From: Octopus sinensis
Taxonomy: Eukaryota
Direction: 5' to 3'
Length of the DNA: 64,000 nucleotides
Assembly: GCF_006345805.1 (NCBI RefSeq)
Contig: NC_042999.1
Span: forward strand, 59,334,001-59,398,000
Shown here: positions 58,896 through 64,000 of the stretch, piece by piece
Layout of the letters: each line of letters opens with the position of its first letter
Position numbering within the stretch: position 1 is the stretch's first letter
The notes under the pieces: model-generated
Databases searched by the model: none
Told to the model about the DNA's origin: nothing
The model's input: the letters and a program-made list of their open reading frames with translations, nothing else
Made by a program: the position numbers and the translations under genes

Positions 58896-60064
58896 CGTGC
58901 CAATCTGACAAAGATTGAAAGCTAGTAGGTTTTAAATATAAATATATTTTTTAATTTGGCGGGACGAGCTTTCTCTTTGACCTCAAAAGTATGTGTATAT
59001 ACGTATGTATCCATGTCTGATCACTGTAAATCCTATACATCCTATCTCTTGAAACATCCAGGGATTTTCCAGTAACCTCACCAGGTTAGTGTGGTTAGCA
59101 GATTTGCTGGAAACCCGCCAGACTTAAACAGGTCCATCACGCTTTAAACAAGACTAAAACAAGATGGATGAATCTATTATAAAGTGAATGATTCTAATCT
59201 GCAGATGCGCTTCCAGTTTAATATAAATTACAACTATATTTTCAGCGAAGAATTTTACTGATATATTTATTTTACTAGTTTTTATAGATCTCTGACAACA
59301 TTTGCCACCCTCAATCTGTTCAGTTGTTAGCTTTGGACCTCTGACAAAGATTAAAAGCTCGTAGGTTCTATATATATATATTAATTTGGCGGGACGAGCT
59401 TTTCTCTTCGGGCTAGAGCTGCTTTACAACTTCAAAAGACTTAACTTTGGAAGTTTTAACAAGCGCTAATTACATCTAGAAGTGAAATACACTCTTGCAC
59501 AATTGGCGAAACGTTCTAATTAATTAAGTGTGATAGACAGTATTGCAATAGAACTGCGAAGGGAAATTTTGAACGAACTCCAAATGAATAAACGTCGTGT
59601 TACTGGAGGAAAGAAAGGAAACAGTTGAAACCTGCATCAGGAAGCAAACATGACTTGCATAAATTTGTAGCCAACTGGCAAGAACTTGAGAAGTGTATGA
59701 TAGATCAGCCAGCTAAAGAGACAAATTCAATTTGTATAGTGGCAATAGGAACAATTTTATTAAGGAATCCAATCTCAAGGAAGTTGGACAAAATATGGAC
59801 AAGATTTGTATGATTTCAAAGTTGGCACCATATGACGATACATGTACTGATGTTGAGAATGAACATATGATTAGCACAGCACAGGCAAGATTATGAGAAG
59901 AAAATAAACTCGTGGATTTGCGGTCTGTACAAGAAAAAAGGACTGACTACAAACTTGGTCAGATCGGAAAAATGGACAGGGCGCCAATAAAGCCTGTTGA
60001 GAGTCAAATATGATTAATATTTCATTACACACACAAACACAAAACTTATTATATATATATATAT

Positions 60065-60164
60065 NNNNNNNNNNNNNNNNNNNNNNNNNNNNNNNNNNNN
60101 NNNNNNNNNNNNNNNNNNNNNNNNNNNNNNNNNNNNNNNNNNNNNNNNNNNNNNNNNNNNNNNN
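60065..60164. other. Assembly gap (100 N)
   Basis: Run of n following a (TA)n tract. Confidence 1.
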
Positions 60165-61274
60165 TTCGTAAGCAAGCTACTTACCACACAGCCACCCCTA
60201 TTAGCAAAGATTTAATATTTTTTTAATTTCTTACGTGCATTTTTGAATAAATTCCGTTGCGGATATTAATAATGCGCGAAAAAATGTAATTAATCACAAT
60301 ATTTATTGAGAACGAATATACTTTATCATATATCACACTGGAACTAACCGTTGTTTAATCACAAATCCGAAAAGATTTAATATCCAAAATGGTGCATAAA
60401 CATATCATCGACAGGCAGCACGATAACTACCGACCTCTGCACAAAATAGCTTAATAACATAAGGGGCCTCTGGAATAAAATCTTGTCTTGCAGAATCGTT
60501 TAGTTAGCTAAAAGGTGCCATAATGTCTGTGATTAAACTCCTTTGTGCTCCGAGTTTATGTCCATCAAAGCCTCCCTTTGCTATCCATTCCTCATGGGTC
60601 AATAATATAGATATCAGCATCATCCTAAACGATTTTAAGCTAGTGCTTCAGCATAGCTACACCGCAATGAATAAACGCAGTAAAAGGATGGGAGAATAAT
60701 AAACTATCTTTAAATATGACTAAAAATACAAAATTTTTAAACGTTCATTAAATTTAACATTTCACCTTTACAAGACAGATAAATCGTTCCGAAAGAAATA
60801 TTAAAATGATAAAGGGGTTTCTGATAGCTACTTCACACACTTTAAAGAAGTCAAACAGCGAAATACTAAAGCTTAAAATATTATAATAAAAAAGAAGGTA
60901 AAAGAAAAATGAACCACTTGAAATATTACCAACAGTATATATAAGTAGATAATTTAATTGCCGCATAAATATTTTTCAAAAGACTTTTACTTTTCTTTGA
61001 GAGACGTTAATGTAGACTTTGATTTCGACAAAGCTACACTAATGATAAATAATTTTAGTTTGATAATTTTAGTTTGATAAGTGTATTACATCTTTAATTA
61101 ACACTTCAAAAAGAAACTTCAGAAGTTTTTGTCAGAATCATTTACATACGATTCTATTTCGGATCTTCTCTCTTCCTCTGAAAACAAAAACAAGAAATTC
61201 AAGGTGTAAGTACGTGCGCGCTTGTGTACGTTTGTATATCATGTATATGTATCTATATATGTATATACATACAT

Positions 61275-61370
<96 letters not shown>

Positions 61371-61443
61371 CATATATATACATATTACGTATATATATAT
61401 ACATATATATATGCGTATATTAGTGCATATATATTTGTGTATA

Positions 61444-61490
<47 letters not shown>

Positions 61491-62082
61491 TGAAACAGTA
61501 AAAGCTAAAAGCTAAAAGAGACCGATAGAATACGCCCTAGGCTTACAAAGAATAAGTCCTGGGATCGATTTGTTCAATTAAAGTCGGGCTCGAGCATCGG
61601 CGCAGTCTAATGACTGGAACAAGCAAAAATGTAAAACCATATGTGTATGTGGGTGAGTGGATGCACACCCACGTAAAAGTCGTGGTTAATTTTTCTTGGA
61701 GGTGTTCAAGATAAAAACCACGATGAGGTCGGCGATTTCGGACCCGTAATATATACGTATGAAAGTAACAAACGAGCGGTTTGCCTTCCATCTTCGACAG
61801 GGAGGAATAATTGTGAACCAGAATAGATTTCCTGGTTATCATGATGATCTTGACATCGAGGTTGCCTAGTGAAATTCAAGGCCTTCAGAGTCTTTCCATA
61901 TTGAAGGGTTCAATTCTACAGTCTGGAACTGTACAAATTTGCAGGTTAATTTAACCTCAATAACGAGGAATTAGTCAATCACAGCTGTGCTGGAATCTCT
62001 GCGCCAGCGCCGTAAATTTCCTAATATCAGAGTTTCTAACAATGTTTATCTCTCACTATTAGATATTGCACAGTCAATTATC

Positions 62083-62132
<50 letters not shown>

Positions 62133-62601
62133 CATGTGCATGTGTATTTGTAGGCACACATATACACACACATACGCGCACACACACATACACACATTCA
62201 CATAATAATGTTTCTATTTATCAGATCTGTGATTGTGTGCCATTTTGAAAATCATATATATTTTTGAACAGGGATTTAGCAGCGCCATCTCTAGCCGAGC
62301 AGTTATTCTGTGCAGAGGAAGCGAAATAACACAGAAACCAGGGTCTACATATATTGCTTTGTGCTGAGTGGAAATGCTAAATTCCTCCTTTTCAAAAATA
62401 TAAGGATACAGATTGTGAGTCGTATAGCCAGCCGGAGTCGATGATTCCCGGGGTTAAATATCAGTAACATTCATCCCAACCAGGACTTCCACTTATGCTT
62501 GCATATAATCTTTACTTTAGAGTACTGTTCTTGAATGCCTCTCGTTGAGAGATTTAGAAATACTAATATTTACTACATACATACATACATACATACATAC
62601 A

Positions 62602-62637
<36 letters not shown>

Positions 62638-62907
62638 TATATATAGGCGCATTCGGGGCTGTGTGGTAAGTAGATTACTTCCCAATCACATGTTTCCAGT
62701 TGTCACCTGTTCATGTCCCCCCCCCATAGCATGACAACCGATGTTGGTATGTTTACATACCCGATAGAATAAAGACTATGCTTACAAAGAATAAGCCCTG
62801 GGGTCGATTTTTTCAACTAAAATCCCTTAAGGTAGTGCTCCAGCATGACCGGAGTAAAATGACTGAAACAAGTACAAGAATAAAAGAAAAGAATATGTAT
62901 ATATATA

Positions 62908-63319
62908 GGCGTAGGAGTGGCTGTGTGGTAAGTAGCTTGCTTACGAACTATATGTTTCTGGGTTCAGTCCCACTGCGTGGAATCTTGAGCAGGTGCCTTC
63001 TACTATAGCCTCGGGCCAGCCAAAGTCTTGTGAGTGGATTTGATAGACGGAAACTGAAAGAAGCCCATTTTATATATGTATAAGTATATATATATGAATG
63101 CGTGTGTATATGTTTGTGTAACTGTGTTTGTCCCCTTAACATGGCTTGACAACCGATGCTGGTGTGTTTACGTTCCCGTAACCTAGCGGTTCGGCAAAAG
63201 ACTCCGATAGAATAAGTACTAGGCTTACAAAGAATAAGTTCCGGGGTTGATATGCTCGACTAAAGGCGGTGCTCCAGCATGGCCACACTCAAATGACTGA
63301 AACAAGTAAAAGAGTAAAA
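62908..63319 (+). mobile_element. SINE family B (full length)
   Basis: Family B consensus. A deleted copy lies at 62645-62890 and a tail fragment at 61500-61630. Confidence 0.9.
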
Positions 63320-64000
63320 TCGTAGGTTTATAAATATATTATTTTATGTATATGTGTATGTGTGTGTGTGAGTGTGTGTTCCAATTCTTCCAATACTAAT
63401 GTATTCTTATCCTCGCCAGCTCTACAATCGTATCACATGTATTAATACCTAAACAATGTCTGTCTCTATTTATGAAGCAACGACATTGAGATTTATACGA
63501 TAGCATATATACCAGCGTTTTTTTTTCCTTTTTCGTTTTTGCAAAATTAATCCCCATAAAGTCTCTTTAAATATCCAATTTCAGTTTGATCGTTTTATTG
63601 CACTTAATGTTACTGCTCTGAGTTATATAGTACGTCAGAAAAAAAAATCGAGTTTGCAAATCGCTCGAGGAACATTCCACTAACTATTTTTGTCTCAATG
63701 GGAAAGACATAAAGTTTAAAATAATATGGCACATAATTTAAAATTTCAAGACATAAATTCCGCATTATAAACACAGAAAATTTATTTTTATTTTTATCGC
63801 GGTTAGCTGAAACATAGTAAGCCTAGTTTAACGAACTTCCAGCTGTGATTATACAGGATTTCTATTTAATTATAACTATGTTTCCTAGTGCACCATTCTA
63901 TATTCAATGAGACAATGTGTGTCTTTCGAAGGAAGTGTTGCTGCTATTTGCAGCAGGATAGACTACTACATAAAAACCATTCTATAGTCTCGTATGCATG

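Noticed and set aside
62306-62336. 7-bp hairpin enclosing CAGAGGA..GAA
   Set aside because: No room for helix II or III; likely chance.

Overview
AT-rich, microsatellite-saturated eukaryotic DNA with one 100-N assembly gap (60065-60164). The repeat content points to a coleoid cephalopod, probably Octopus; this is inferred from the SINE and LINE families, not from a database match. No intact host protein-coding gene can be supported, and almost all track ORFs are microsatellite artefacts. The window holds three tRNA-derived SINE families (about 30 copies), four mariner elements, fragments of R4/Dong-, CRE-, RTE- and L1/Tx1-type LINEs, an ORF1-only Tx1-like insertion with a target-site duplication (TSD), foldback elements next to (TA)n, and several local duplications. 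The main result is a set of minimal type I hammerhead ribozyme motifs, mostly in small (TA)n-associated repeats. The best four have self-complementary helix III, and their tertiary 3-8 core pair appears as C-G (5892-5955), G-C (4659-4709), U-A (53939-53982, repeated at 56867-56910) and U.G (17321-17364). A search using the canonical CUGANGA core would miss most of them. These structures were parsed by eye; activity is untested and I cannot check whether they were reported before. Repeat boundaries are approximate unless a TSD or terminal inverted repeat (TIR) is quoted.
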